This document shows positions 23,906-38,503 of a stretch of 38,503 nucleotides of DNA, piece after piece. Within the stretch, counting starts at the first letter, position 1. Each line of letters begins with the position of its first letter. A program made the translations under genes and the position numbers. Source of the stretch: Conidiobolus incongruus B7586 (Eukaryota); assembly GCA_000697335.1 (NCBI GenBank), contig JNEM01012908.1, positions 1 to 38,503 of the forward strand, given 5' to 3'. Under the pieces are notes generated by a model that was not told where the DNA came from, ran no database searches, and saw only the letters and a list, made by a program, of their open reading frames with translations.

Positions 23906-25467
23906 TTATCCACTGAATTTTAAATATTGGTGAGATGGAATATATATTTATATTATATATTTTATTTTATCCCATATTTTAACAAAGATATAGCGTTATT
24001 TGTGACCATATTATTCAACTATGTCGTGATTTTAATTAATGACAAATAATTACTTTATATTCACAACTCTTTTCTAATAAAAAAACAAATTTCCTGCTTA
24101 ATCCCATATTACGGTTTTCACATGAGTTATCTCAAAAATTTTAATTTAAAAGATTTAAAAACTATTTTGATTTAATTTAATTGTGGATTCAATAGGAGGG
24201 AAGATTGAATATTTTGCCAAAGTGGGATTTTTTTTATAAAATAAATATAATTGTTGTAACGAATACATAAATTAATAGTTTATATTATATCGATATAAAG
24301 TTAATTAATTAATTATATATACTATTCCAAAAGCTCAAAATATTGAATAAGATATGAATCTTTCAGGATTACAATATCAAAATACTTTATAATATTTAAA
24401 ATAAATATTTCCATATTTATATATTATCCAGTTAATATTAATAATATATTTTTAACTATTTAGCTTATGGTCATAATTTGAGATTTTAAAAGGAAAAATA
24501 AATCATTATTATTAATTTCACATATATAAGATCTATCTTGGAAGATTGTAATAAATTTGATTATCAATAAAAATGATGTATTTGTATTAATTTTATCTAC
24601 AAGATTTTAAATGAAACATTTGTATTAACAACAAAACTTCTATTATATAACAATACCATCAATTTATTATTGCTGCAATTTTCAATTGATAAAAATAAGT
24701 ATTAATTGATATTATAGAAAATAGATCAATTTTTCATTAATTACGAATCTGTCATAAGTTTTTAATTAATCGAATCATTAGTTATTCAAATTTTATTAGT
24801 AATCCATTTTCAAAGGATTATTAATTATATTATAAATATTATTATAGAATAAATTATACTTTTAAATTTATTTAAGTATAATTTTTACTATAACTTAGTG
24901 AATTTATTAAATAGATATAATATAAAATAATAATCATTTGATTATATATTATATTAGACTGTTATAAATATAAACAGTTAAAGGTTAAATACTATCATTT
25001 ATATTGTTTGAAAATTGAATAATTTGAATAAAATTCACAACTTTGAATATAGTTCTTAAGCAATTACTTGTATTTGAGATTATTCAATACATCTGTTGAA
25101 TTATTAAATTAATCAGACTATGGATTTTGGTAACTATGTTGCCTTTCAGTTAGTCTATTCCAAACCTTGAATTCATTCAAAATAAATTTTGCATACATTG
25201 AATTAAAATAAGCCTAAATAAATTGGATCTCATTTTAAGTAAAAAATCAATTTGAATATAGATGAAATATAAAATATTCGATATAGGTAAACATAATTAA
25301 TGGTTGAATTGGTATCAATCACGCCGTACCAATTGTTATTTTTCAATAGTACTTATTTAAATAACTGAAATACAATCTACACGTAATATTTGTTTATAAT
25401 TTCAAAGTGATACAATTCAAATTTGCAAATTTATTTTCAAAAATAAAATCGAACGTTATATTCAATT

Positions 25468-25470
<3 letters not shown>

Positions 25471-25499
<29 letters not shown>
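25471..25499. repeat. (TA)n microsatellite
   Basis: About 14 TA units. Confidence 0.9.
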
Positions 25500-25503
<4 letters not shown>

Positions 25504-25896
25504 ATAACATATTCATCTAAGCTATAATTATTATTTTTATATCGATACTATATTTAATTATTCATAAGGAGATAAATTATAATGAAGGTGATTGAATTCT
25601 AAAAGTTTGAAATTGATGTAAATATATTATACATTATAAATCTATTTATTATGATAATTAAGGATAGATAAGAAAAATCATTTATATATTATTATTAATA
25701 TTATTTATTTCAAACTTATATTACCCTAAAATTAAATCATTATATTTTCTTTTTCATTTTAAATCCATAAAAAAAATATATTAAAATTTTTATTATTTTC
25801 TTAAACTTTAATAAATTCAAAAAAAAATTTTTTTATCAACTTAGTTTCAATTAATCTTTAAATCAAAATTAAAAAGATATAAAAATGAAAAGTTTA

Positions 25897-25917
25897 ATAT
25901 ATATATATATATATATA
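25897..25917. repeat. (AT)n microsatellite
   Basis: About 10 AT units. Confidence 0.85.
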
Positions 25918-26472
25918 ATCATATTATAATTTATTCAATAAAAATATGAAAAATGATAATTTATTTTTCTTATATTCAATTTTTTTATGTGATTAAAATA
26001 TAATTTTAAATTAAACTATTTTGAAATAGTAATATATATTATATAACTAGGATTAATTGAATAACTTATATATTTAAATTAATATTAGAATATAAGTTAT
26101 ATTATATAGTCTAGTTATATCTTAAGACTTAAATAATATTTTATTAATTTGTAATTAAAATAAATTTAATTTTATATATACTTATAGTTGAATTTTTTAG
26201 TTCAAAAATTAATTTTAACCTTTCTTTAAAAAACTGAATAATAATAATAATAATAATTAATTGTTACAGAGATATAAAATATTGATAAATCAAAGATTTT
26301 GATAATTTTATTTAATTAATATGAATTTAATATTAATACATTAATATGTGGCAATCCATAAAATCAGAAAGAACGTTAGTTAATGATGCTATGGATAGTT
26401 ATCATGATTGATTTCATTATATTTGTATATGAAGAGAGATAATTTTTAGATCAAGAATTCTTGTATTATTAA

Positions 26473-28931
26473 TCAAGAAATATTGAGTTCGCTCATATCA
26501 AATAACAAAGAATCATCATGAATATTTTGGTTCTTTTCCTCTTCGTATTGAGTATCTGGTGTCACAGTAAGTGGGATGGTGTTGGCTTTCATTTTAGGAT
26601 AATGAAGCTGATCACTAGGTACAGACTTTGATGTTGACTTGGTGTTGTTGTGTTCGCTATGAATTCGAGATACGTTGAAACTACTTGGCATTGGACTACC
26701 AGCAAGGAAAAGGTGTTTTTGGTTGGAAGTAGGAATTTGCAGGGGGGAAGTCTGAGGATAGTTACTAGCTAAGTTTTGGTCTTCTGGTTCGTTAGCTGTA
26801 GGTGATTCTTCAACTTTCTGGGTAGTTGGAAAATTTAATGAAATGAGAGATGATTTGAGTTGTTGAAATTGGTCAAGCATCGCTTGAGACCGTGATAAAT
26901 CTACAGAAGTAGAACATTCATTGAAAAGTCTTAAAGGTTTCCTATTGTCAATAGCCTTAACCAACTCGCTGATATCATCTTCTTGAGAACTAAGGTCATA
27001 TGAAGATCCACCGGACCCTCTACGTGGATGACGGGATTTGAATTCATAAGACTCCCGACCCATAATCAATTTACCAGAGTTTGTTGATCTTGGATATCCA
27101 GAATCGGAATATTCAGTAATAATAGGGAATTTGATGCCAAATGAAGAGGAGAGTTTGGATGATGGTAAAGGTGATTCAGCACGAAATCCCGAAGCAGGAG
27201 ATGCTCTAGGAATATTAAATTGCACAGGATGAGGTGATCCTCTGTAATCTGTGCTATATGATTTATAGGATGAAGGTTGATTATGTGTAGAAGAGGGTGA
27301 TGAAGATAATGAAGGTGAGGCAACGTGTCCAGATGGCGATTTTCTTGTATACATAGTTAAATAAGACGGAGGTGAAGCTTTAAAGGATCCGTATGACCCT
27401 TGTTGCTTTTCATTAGCTAAGAATCGAGTCAAAGAACTCTCAGATCCCTGTGAACGAACAGAGTCAGGTATATTATATTTCTGGGATGAAACCGAAGATG
27501 GATTAGCAAAATGAGGTGGTGCATTACTAAGACGAGAATTCGAAGAGCCTTGACTGTCAATTCGAAGTTCTTGCTGAGATAAACCAGGAAATGACCCAGG
27601 ACTATTGGACGCATAAGATATCGGCGATGCCGTGCGATCATTTATTGAGTTCTATAACTTGTATTTAATAAATGCTTAATGATAATAAAAATATGAATTA
27701 CTTGTTGTGGTCTTGAATGTCTTGAATCAACGTGAATTTGATCATCATTTTGAAAACAGGAACTCAAGTAGTTTTCTCCATCCTCAACGAAAAAGTCACA
27801 TTTTTTTCTAGAAATCAAAAATAACTCAAGAGTGCTAAACACGAATAGGATTAGGAATAGAAATGAAAAGCTTATTGTTAAAATAACAATACCCTTGACT
27901 TGTTGTTAAACTTTGAAAGTGGTTTTGAGTACATTCAAGAATGCTTTGGTATTCTTTAGGAATATTATCTAATAAAAATATTTAATATTCTGTTGATAAA
28001 TATGTTGAGTTGAGTATAGCTTACCAATTCCAATCTCATTAGAGTGATTTGTTGTTTGGTATAAAAACCTATATCCAACTCTTAAACCCTTCGTTTTAGT
28101 TGATTTTAGTCGATTAAACAGACGATATGCTGGAAGAAGTCTAATATAAGTATCAAACGATTTAAAAAAAGAAATTGCTTGTTTGTAAAAAGTAATAGAA
28201 TCACTATTCGAATCAATTCTATCTTTACTAAATTAAAATGTTAGTTAGAATTTAATGAATATTGGTATTGAATACTCACTTTAGACGAAGACACCACTGC
28301 TCGATTAAAATAGAATCTTTTATATTATCATTTTTTTCAAAATTGTAAGGTTTGTTATTATTTTTTCCTAAATCAAGTTGGAATTTTTTCGTGCCACTAT
28401 CTACCAAATATATTACTTGATTGGAATTTAATTGAGAACAATCTAAATATATTTCCAAATACAAAGGAGGGACTGGTTCTTCCCGGAGGATAGCTTGACG
28501 CCAAGGCCGTGTATCATTCCTGTAAAGATCTATATCATCTAATTCCAAACTGAACTATAAAAATGATAAAATGATAAAATTAAAATTCAAAAATTAAATA
28601 ATATAAAGTATAAATAATTTACCCATCTATTAGGTCTTTTGTTTAAACTTAACCTCCGCTGAAGTCCCGAAGCGTTTTTAGTTTGTGTATAGTGAGGATG
28701 TGTAATTCGATGCTGAAGTATTATTTGAAATACTTTATTATAAAAATTCTAAAAGGAAAAGAAATTATATAAGAATCTGAAAAAAAAGTTTTGATACTAA
28801 AATTGAAATATTAATATTACTTGTAAAACATCTTCAATGGTGGCTTCATGGTCTTGAGTTTGATGTTGAGTCCTTGGAGAATGAGGTGGAGAATCCCAAG
28901 TCTTATTAGATACAGAACTTTTAGAATTCAT
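26473..28931 (-). CDS. ATG13: Autophagy-related protein 13 (N-terminal HORMA domain + disordered Ser/Pro-rich region), 7 exons, ~700 aa
   Basis: Exons 28931-28821, 28748-28623, 28554-28280, 28227-28025, 27968-27893, 27834-27702 and 27651-26473 total 2103 nt. HORMA motifs: QNFYNKVFQIILQHR, NRWFSLELDD, PPLYLEIYLD, ILIEQWCL and YKQAISFFKSFDTYIRLLPAYRL. The tail carries KLSSSFG, EDDISELVKAID and terminal DDSLLFDMSEL, resembling fungal Atg17- and Atg1-binding motifs. Confidence 0.9.
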
Positions 28932-31182
28932 TGAATAATTAAGACGAAATTATATTAATATAGTATTTTTTTTAAATTAACTTGGTATTATTCTTTATAA
29001 AAAAATAATATTAAAACTAATAATAAAATAAAAAGGTAAGTGACCCGTTTGAAACAGAGTTCAATATGATTGGATTAAAATAAATATTTAAATTGTGTTG
29101 TAAGTAAATGATAATATCATTCAACACTAAAAAAATCATTAAAAGAAAAAGGGCAATTTTTATATCTGACAATTTAATTGAATGTTTATGCTTAGAAATT
29201 CATTTTTCTTCAAAAAAAAACTTGAATTCAAGGGATAAAAGTCACCCATTTCAAATTAATACAATTTAATTATATATGATGGTTTGGGGAAATTTGTCGT
29301 GTTATTTGACATGTATGGCTATTGGTTAATAACTTCTCCTAAATTTAGCTTATTATAAAGTTTATATAAACTATTTATTATTTCATAAAAATCTTTAAAA
29401 AAAGCAATATTTAATAAGTTTTATATTTGTCTCAAGTTATAAGATCAAAGTATAACTATTAATACTACAAATTTAAGTAATAATTAAAAAATTAACAATA
29501 AAATAATTCCTATTGGACCCTGAATTATGCACATTAAATCAACTATTGGTGACCTAACTTGCATTATTTGATTTCAAATTAACACAAATTATTACTAATA
29601 TTCAAAATATTAGAATATTATCCAATCATAATATTATACGATATTAATTATTTTCGATTATTTACGATTATTTCTAAAATATTAATTTTATATTAACATT
29701 GATATAAACACAAGTATACTAAGCTCTAGTCATATTTATATTTTTTCTTATCAACATATCATAATTGGTTTCATTCTGCATCAATATCCTTTTCTTAAAA
29801 AAAGACTTTTAATTGGTATTTAAAATATATATATTTATCAAAATTTAATGAATTAACAATTTGAAAACTTGATACAGAATTACAATACTTATTTGTATAT
29901 AGGTAAACAATTTTTTTAGTTTTGAATTTTAATCTCTTTATTAAAGTATTGAAAATGCCAAGTAAAATTAAAATTGTATTTAATGATTCAAAAACTTAAC
30001 TAAATATTTTTCATTGTATAGATGAAATAAAGTCAGAAAATATAATTGAAATAAATTTCAAATTATTATGAAGATATAAATTAACTCCTCTATCATATAC
30101 ATGTATTTTGTAATGTATAGATATGATTTACACTTATTATTACGTAGAAACAATTTATTCATATTTGACTTTACCAAATAATCCAAATAACATATCAAAT
30201 GTGTAAAAATATTTGATTAATTAACTCATCTCAATTCACTCAGCACAAAAATCAAAAAAATATTTTTAAAGGCATATGGCTTTAGTCAAATTGTAGACTT
30301 GAACAATCAACTAATGGTAGTCAGAAATGTGGAATTTTGAGAGCAAAATATATTCATTTAAAGTACACCTTAGATTTCACAAAATTGATCCATATCCTCA
30401 ATTTAAAATATTTGCTAGCTAATAAAATTTTGATGTCCATCAAAATTAAAATTGTAAATATTTTTGCAATACTCTTAAATAAAATTTGATAATATTTAAT
30501 GAATGCTATTATATGATTAAATAAAATCGCAATTCTATCATTCATTCTATTTAAAAGGTTGAATAATTATGCACAGTTAATTTTATATATCGATTCAAAA
30601 ATTTAGTGAAATAAGAATAGTTTAAATATTAATAAAATTTATTAAAAATATATTTTTGAAAATATATTTCAAATGGTGTACTATTCTAATCTAACTTAGA
30701 AGAAATTATGTAATTATAAGAGAGGAGATTTGTAATTAATTTATGACTGGTAATTATTAAATTTAATCAAGTAAAATATTATGTAATCATACTATAATTG
30801 ATACCGTACTAATGTGATGATCTAATTAATAAATAGAATAATGAAATAATAAAATATCTATGTAACAAGGAAAAAAATATGAAAACTATCGTAGTTATAA
30901 TATTTTATTTAACAATGTCAACAATAATCCCTTATATTATCTTTAATTAAACTCACCCAATAAAATTTATAAAAGAATTTGAAATTTATACTCATAAAAC
31001 CAAATTTGAAATGAACAGATTCAAATAATAAATTGTTTCAAAGTCACTTCAAAACAAGTTAATTTTATTCAAGTAATATTTGCCTATTTCTTTTGTTTAA
31101 CTATTTTTATATCATTTATTAGTTTTTACTTAATTATTTATTGATTTATATATTGCTGAGTTATTTAATATATTAATTCAAG

Positions 31183-33766
<2,584 letters not shown>

Positions 33767-34352
33767 TGCTTGTGACTGTTTTATCAAATTTGAAAATTGT
33801 TGTTATTTGTATATTTAAATAAATGTTTTAAAATATTTTTAACTTATTTTTATGATGATGTTTTTTGATTCAGATCAATTGAAAAAAAATGTCTATTTAA
33901 TTTCTAAAAGTATATCTATTAAATTCATATTACTAATTCGTTTTATAAATATAATAAATACATCTATCTAAAATATTAATTTGAAGTGACAGGTAGATAA
34001 AAATTTCATGATTCATTGATCTAGAATGATTTGTAATATTTTAACGTATCAAATATATCTATATAAATATAAAAATTTCTTCGAATTGTTATTATATTAT
34101 TTAAAATTTCTGAATAAATATATATTTGATGAAATTAGCCTTTTTCATTAAAATTATCATGATTAGATGTTATTGATGTATTAGTAGTATTATTTTATGT
34201 CTGTTATTAAATTGATAATTATGAGTAATATGTGTGAAGGTTTGTATAGATTAAGAGCATTAACTCTCTAATTCAAGTGAATTTATATAACTATAATACC
34301 AATCAATGGATAATATTATGATAATAAATTAGTGATTGAATGTAGACTAAAT

Positions 34353-35977
34353 TTACATTATAAGGGAAGGTTGACCAATTGTTTCCACTTGGAATCCGAT
34401 ACTCACTAGTCTTTGGGAATCTAGTATTAAGCGTCCATCGAATAGGAAAGCTGGTTGATTCATTCTGGAGTGAATGAGTTCCCAGTTGAGATGTTTGAAT
34501 TCTTCCCATTCTGTACAGATCACCACTGCATCGGATCCTTCACAAGTCTCCAAAGCTGAGTTATAAATGTGAAGGTGCTTTAAACTCGGATCAGCTTCAA
34601 CACCTGGCTGTGATAATTCTGAGTAGATCTGTTTCCTTTCAACTTGGGGATCATAAAGATTGATGCGAGCTCCTTCCTGCAAGAGAGTTTGGACAATGGT
34701 AATAGCAGCAGATTCTCTTGTATCACCAGTATTCTGTTTATATGCGAATCCCAATATGGAAATAGTCTTGTTGGACACTGTATGGAACATGGATGATACA
34801 ATTCTATTGATAAATCTTTCCTTTTGGTAGTCATTCATTTTAATCACTTGATGCCAGTATTCAGCTACTTGAGGTAAGTTATATTGTTCGCATAGATAAA
34901 CTAAACTCAAGATATCCTTCTGGAAGCAACTGCCACCAAATCCTACACTTGGTTTGAGGAATTTGGGACCAATTCTAGAATCGGTTCCACAAGCATAAGC
35001 AACTTCTTCAATATTGGCGCCAGTAGCTTCACAGAGAGCACTAAGAGAATTGATACTGGAAATTCTTTGAGCGAGCATTGCATTGGCAGCCTGAATTAAA
35101 TTTGAGTAAGGGAATTAAAAAAATCAAATGTAAGTTAAAATTACCAATTTTGAAAGCTCTGAAGACCAAAGATTCATAGTGATAATACGACTTCTATCAA
35201 TCCAATTTTCATACACATCGATTAATTCCTGTTGAGCTCTGAATCCATCTTCAGTCTGCATGCAACCAATAAGTACTCGATCAGGGTTCAATAAATTCTC
35301 AATAGCTGTTCCTTCTGCCAAGAATTCAGGGTTGGAAAGAATATCAAACTTTATATGTGGCGTTGAGTTTGAGATCAATATTCTTCTCATACTTTCAGCA
35401 GTTTTGCAAGGAACAGTAGACTTTTCTATCACGATTTTAGAAGATCTAGATACTTTAGCTATTCTACGAGTGGCTGCTTCGATATATCTAAATTAAATAA
35501 AAACAAATAATATTAATGATATTGGATTATAGCTACAATATGAAATGCTTACTTCAAATCGGGAGCACGTCCCTTACCAAGCCCAACCGATTTGGTAGGA
35601 GTATTCACAGATACGAAAATGATATCAGCTTCCAAAATAGCACTATCCACATCCGTTGAAAAGAATAAATTTTTGCCTCTACACTTTTTGACTATCTCAT
35701 ATAAACCAGGTTCATAGATAGGTAACTGATCCGAGTTCCAAGCATCGATCCTGCTCTGTGAAATGTCAACAATGGTCATTTTAATATGTGGACATTTGTA
35801 AGCAATGATTGAACAAGTGGGACCTCCTAACAAATAGTTAATATGTTTAATAAAATTATAAATCTAGAAGCTATTACCAACATAACCAGCACCAATACAG
35901 CAGATCTTTTTTGTAAAACCTGAATAATTACCATTGATAGGTTGAACTATTTCGTTTGTATCAATTGAAACCATCAT
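34353..35977 (-). CDS. UGDH: UDP-glucose 6-dehydrogenase, 4 exons, ~484 aa
   Basis: Exons 35977-35878, 35826-35553, 35487-35145 and 35090-34353 total 1455 nt. Motifs: [14 protein letters not shown] (NAD binding), [57 protein letters not shown] and catalytic [10 protein letters not shown]. Confidence 0.97.
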
Positions 35978-38503
35978 ATTTGCTAAGAGTAAACTTAATA
36001 GAAATTAAAATTAAATAAATATCAGATATTATAGAATATATTTATAATGTTCTGATATTGAATCACCAATTAATCCGACAACCTTAGAGCATTCATATTC
36101 TTTTTGAGTACTTTAGTGATTGTATTGATTTGGGTTAAATTTTAATTTGGATCAAATAAAACAAGAGTGAATTTAAGAATGACGATATCATTGAATTTAA
36201 TTGGATAATTTTATTTTGATTGATAGATCTGAATTTGATCAAGATTTCAATGCCAATATAGAATTCAATAACACATGATATTAAATTTAATGCTTATTGG
36301 AAGTAGATACAAATTATTCTATTTTGAATAACCATAGTATTATCCAATAAATTATAAATGTGATAAGTGCCTTTTGGCTTTTTTAGACTTAATATTAATT
36401 ATAAATATCACCCCTTATTAGCATTGTCTTAATATTAATAAGAATGATATAATTTGAAATGGTAAAAATGGAGATAGTAAAAGATAAGATATAAATACTG
36501 TAAAAATAACAACTCAGCCATATTTAAACTCAAATATTAATATTGATATTAAACAAATCAAGATCAATTAATCAATAACTACTTAAATATCAATATACTC
36601 AACAACTTGTAATTTTTCATCTATATTATTTACAGTGATAGTATTAAAGATTTAAACAAATAATTCTCAAGTATTCCCCTTCTATAGTTTTTTCCCATTA
36701 TCTGATTTAATTTTCTAAAAAATTTTGATCTAATAATATGTTCGAAAATTCATTAAACATTTTTAAACTATGATTTTAATATCAATTTATGATCATCAGT
36801 TACTTTAATTATTTTACAAGTCATTTATTTATTGCGATATTAATAATAAAAATATATTTAGTTTGATGATCAAATACCTACTGAATTTTGATATCGATAT
36901 TGATATTATTCAATATCTAATTAAAAATTATAAATTAAAATTATACTAATTTATTTTGTAATATTCTGAGTTGTGACTGTAATAGATTTACACATTTTTA
37001 TAATAAATTACATGAATCACAAACAAATACGATTAGCTCTCCAAATCAAGACATTTTTCTACCAATCAATATCTTCTTAACCTCACGTGGGATTTAGAAC
37101 TTAAAATGCTGTGTATGAAAAATTTCACATATTTGAGTAAATTTTTACAACCAACTCAAGTTTGATAATTTGATAGCAAACTTCTCCAACTAATTTGCAA
37201 TACCAAAATCAAATAAATGCATTCAATATTGTTTCACCAATATATGTTCAAATATATTTAGAGTTATAATCTTTATTTGATCTCTATATATATATATATA
37301 TTTAAATTATTTTCTTATTTATGAAATTTATAAAATCAATGCCAAAAGATATAACAAGATATAAATTTGTAATTGCAAGTTAGATTAAAAAGTGATAATC
37401 ATTTTCATCTAATAATATAATTGAATAATTTTATTTTTATTCAATAACCAATGATTTCATATATATTTATATAATTAATATAATTTAATTTATTTTTTAA
37501 ACTAGAAATATTGGTTTTATTTTAATTGTTATTATATTTTATTTTAACCAAAAAAAATTTCAGTATTTAAGAGTATAGAGTTGGTTGATATAAAGACATT
37601 ATTAAAATTATAATACATTTTATTAATAATTATATTAGCTTAATTCATATGTTTTGAAATTATTAAGTAATATAAGTAATATAATAGTCTAAATAATTGA
37701 TTATTATCATATTACATAATTTAATTAATTAACATTTTAATTACAAATATCAAAAGAAATAAATTAACTAAACTTGATATATACTTATAAATTTTTAATT
37801 TTAAAATTTAAATATGATTATAAATGGTATAATATATAATTTCTATATTTTAATTTCTATTAAAATTATTTAAATTATTATTTTAAATTTAAAATAATGG
37901 GAAATTTTTTAATTTTTGATTTTTCAAACATATTATTAGTTTTAAATAAACAGATATAAATAAAATAAATACAAGATTATATATTTTTATATTATATATA
38001 TATATAATATTTTTTTGATTAAAAAATTAATTTTTTAAAATTAATTATGTAATTTAATTTTATTTAAATTAAATAATAATCATCAAAAGTTATTTATTTT
38101 AGTATTAATAAAACTTAACTTTAAACCCTTTAAAATTATTTAAAATTTATAAAAAACTTTCAATAATAAAATATTATTTAAATCAACTATTTATTACTAA
38201 GTAAACTATTTTAAAGTTAAGAAAGAAATTATTTAAAACTTATTAAAATCTAAGAAAATCAACTTTAACTATTATTTTTAATTATTAATAAAGTGAAAAA
38301 ATATATTAAAAAATATTTTTTTATTTTTGTTAAAAAATTATCTAAATATTTTAATATTAGTTTTATAAGAATTTTATATATATTAAAGTTTAAACTCAAA
38401 TAATAAATAATAATATAAAATAAATACCTTATAATTTAATTAAAGCTTAAAAAAAAGTTAAAGTAGCTATTATTGAATAAAACTTACTAAAATATAATTA
38501 AAA

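Noticed and set aside
37300..38503. Extremely AT-rich end region (also 1-700 and 25500-26350) as a centromere, origin or repeat array
   Set aside because: No periodicity, terminal repeats or motif is visible, and composition alone is not diagnostic in this genome.

Overview
This is very AT-rich eukaryotic genomic DNA with many short (~45-60 nt) GT-AG introns. A fungal-specific Gti1/Pac2 (WOPR) gene together with a WD40-bearing ATG16 suggests an early-diverging fungus (inference). Eight protein-coding genes were spliced by hand, all with intact frames: a Gti1/Pac2 transcription factor (-), two tandem paralogous SRSF4/5/6 (Srp2)-type SR splicing factors (+), a small unknown membrane protein (+), an SLC35F5/Thi74-like DMT transporter (-), ATG13 (-) head-to-head with an ATG16L1-like gene (+), and UDP-glucose 6-dehydrogenase (-). 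The most striking signal is the long intron interrupting the SWQ|DLKD motif of both SR paralogues. Unlike every other intron pair it is strongly conserved, with identical ends, conserved premature stop codons, conserved internal AGs and a conserved multi-hairpin fold, as expected of an autoregulatory unproductive-splicing/NMD switch. Other signals are the divergent ATG13-ATG16 pair with GTCAC motifs, a cluster of Rpn4/PACE-like GTGGCAA sites, and an AG-free intron with a possible distant branchpoint. No rRNA, tRNA, CRISPR array or intact mobile element was found.
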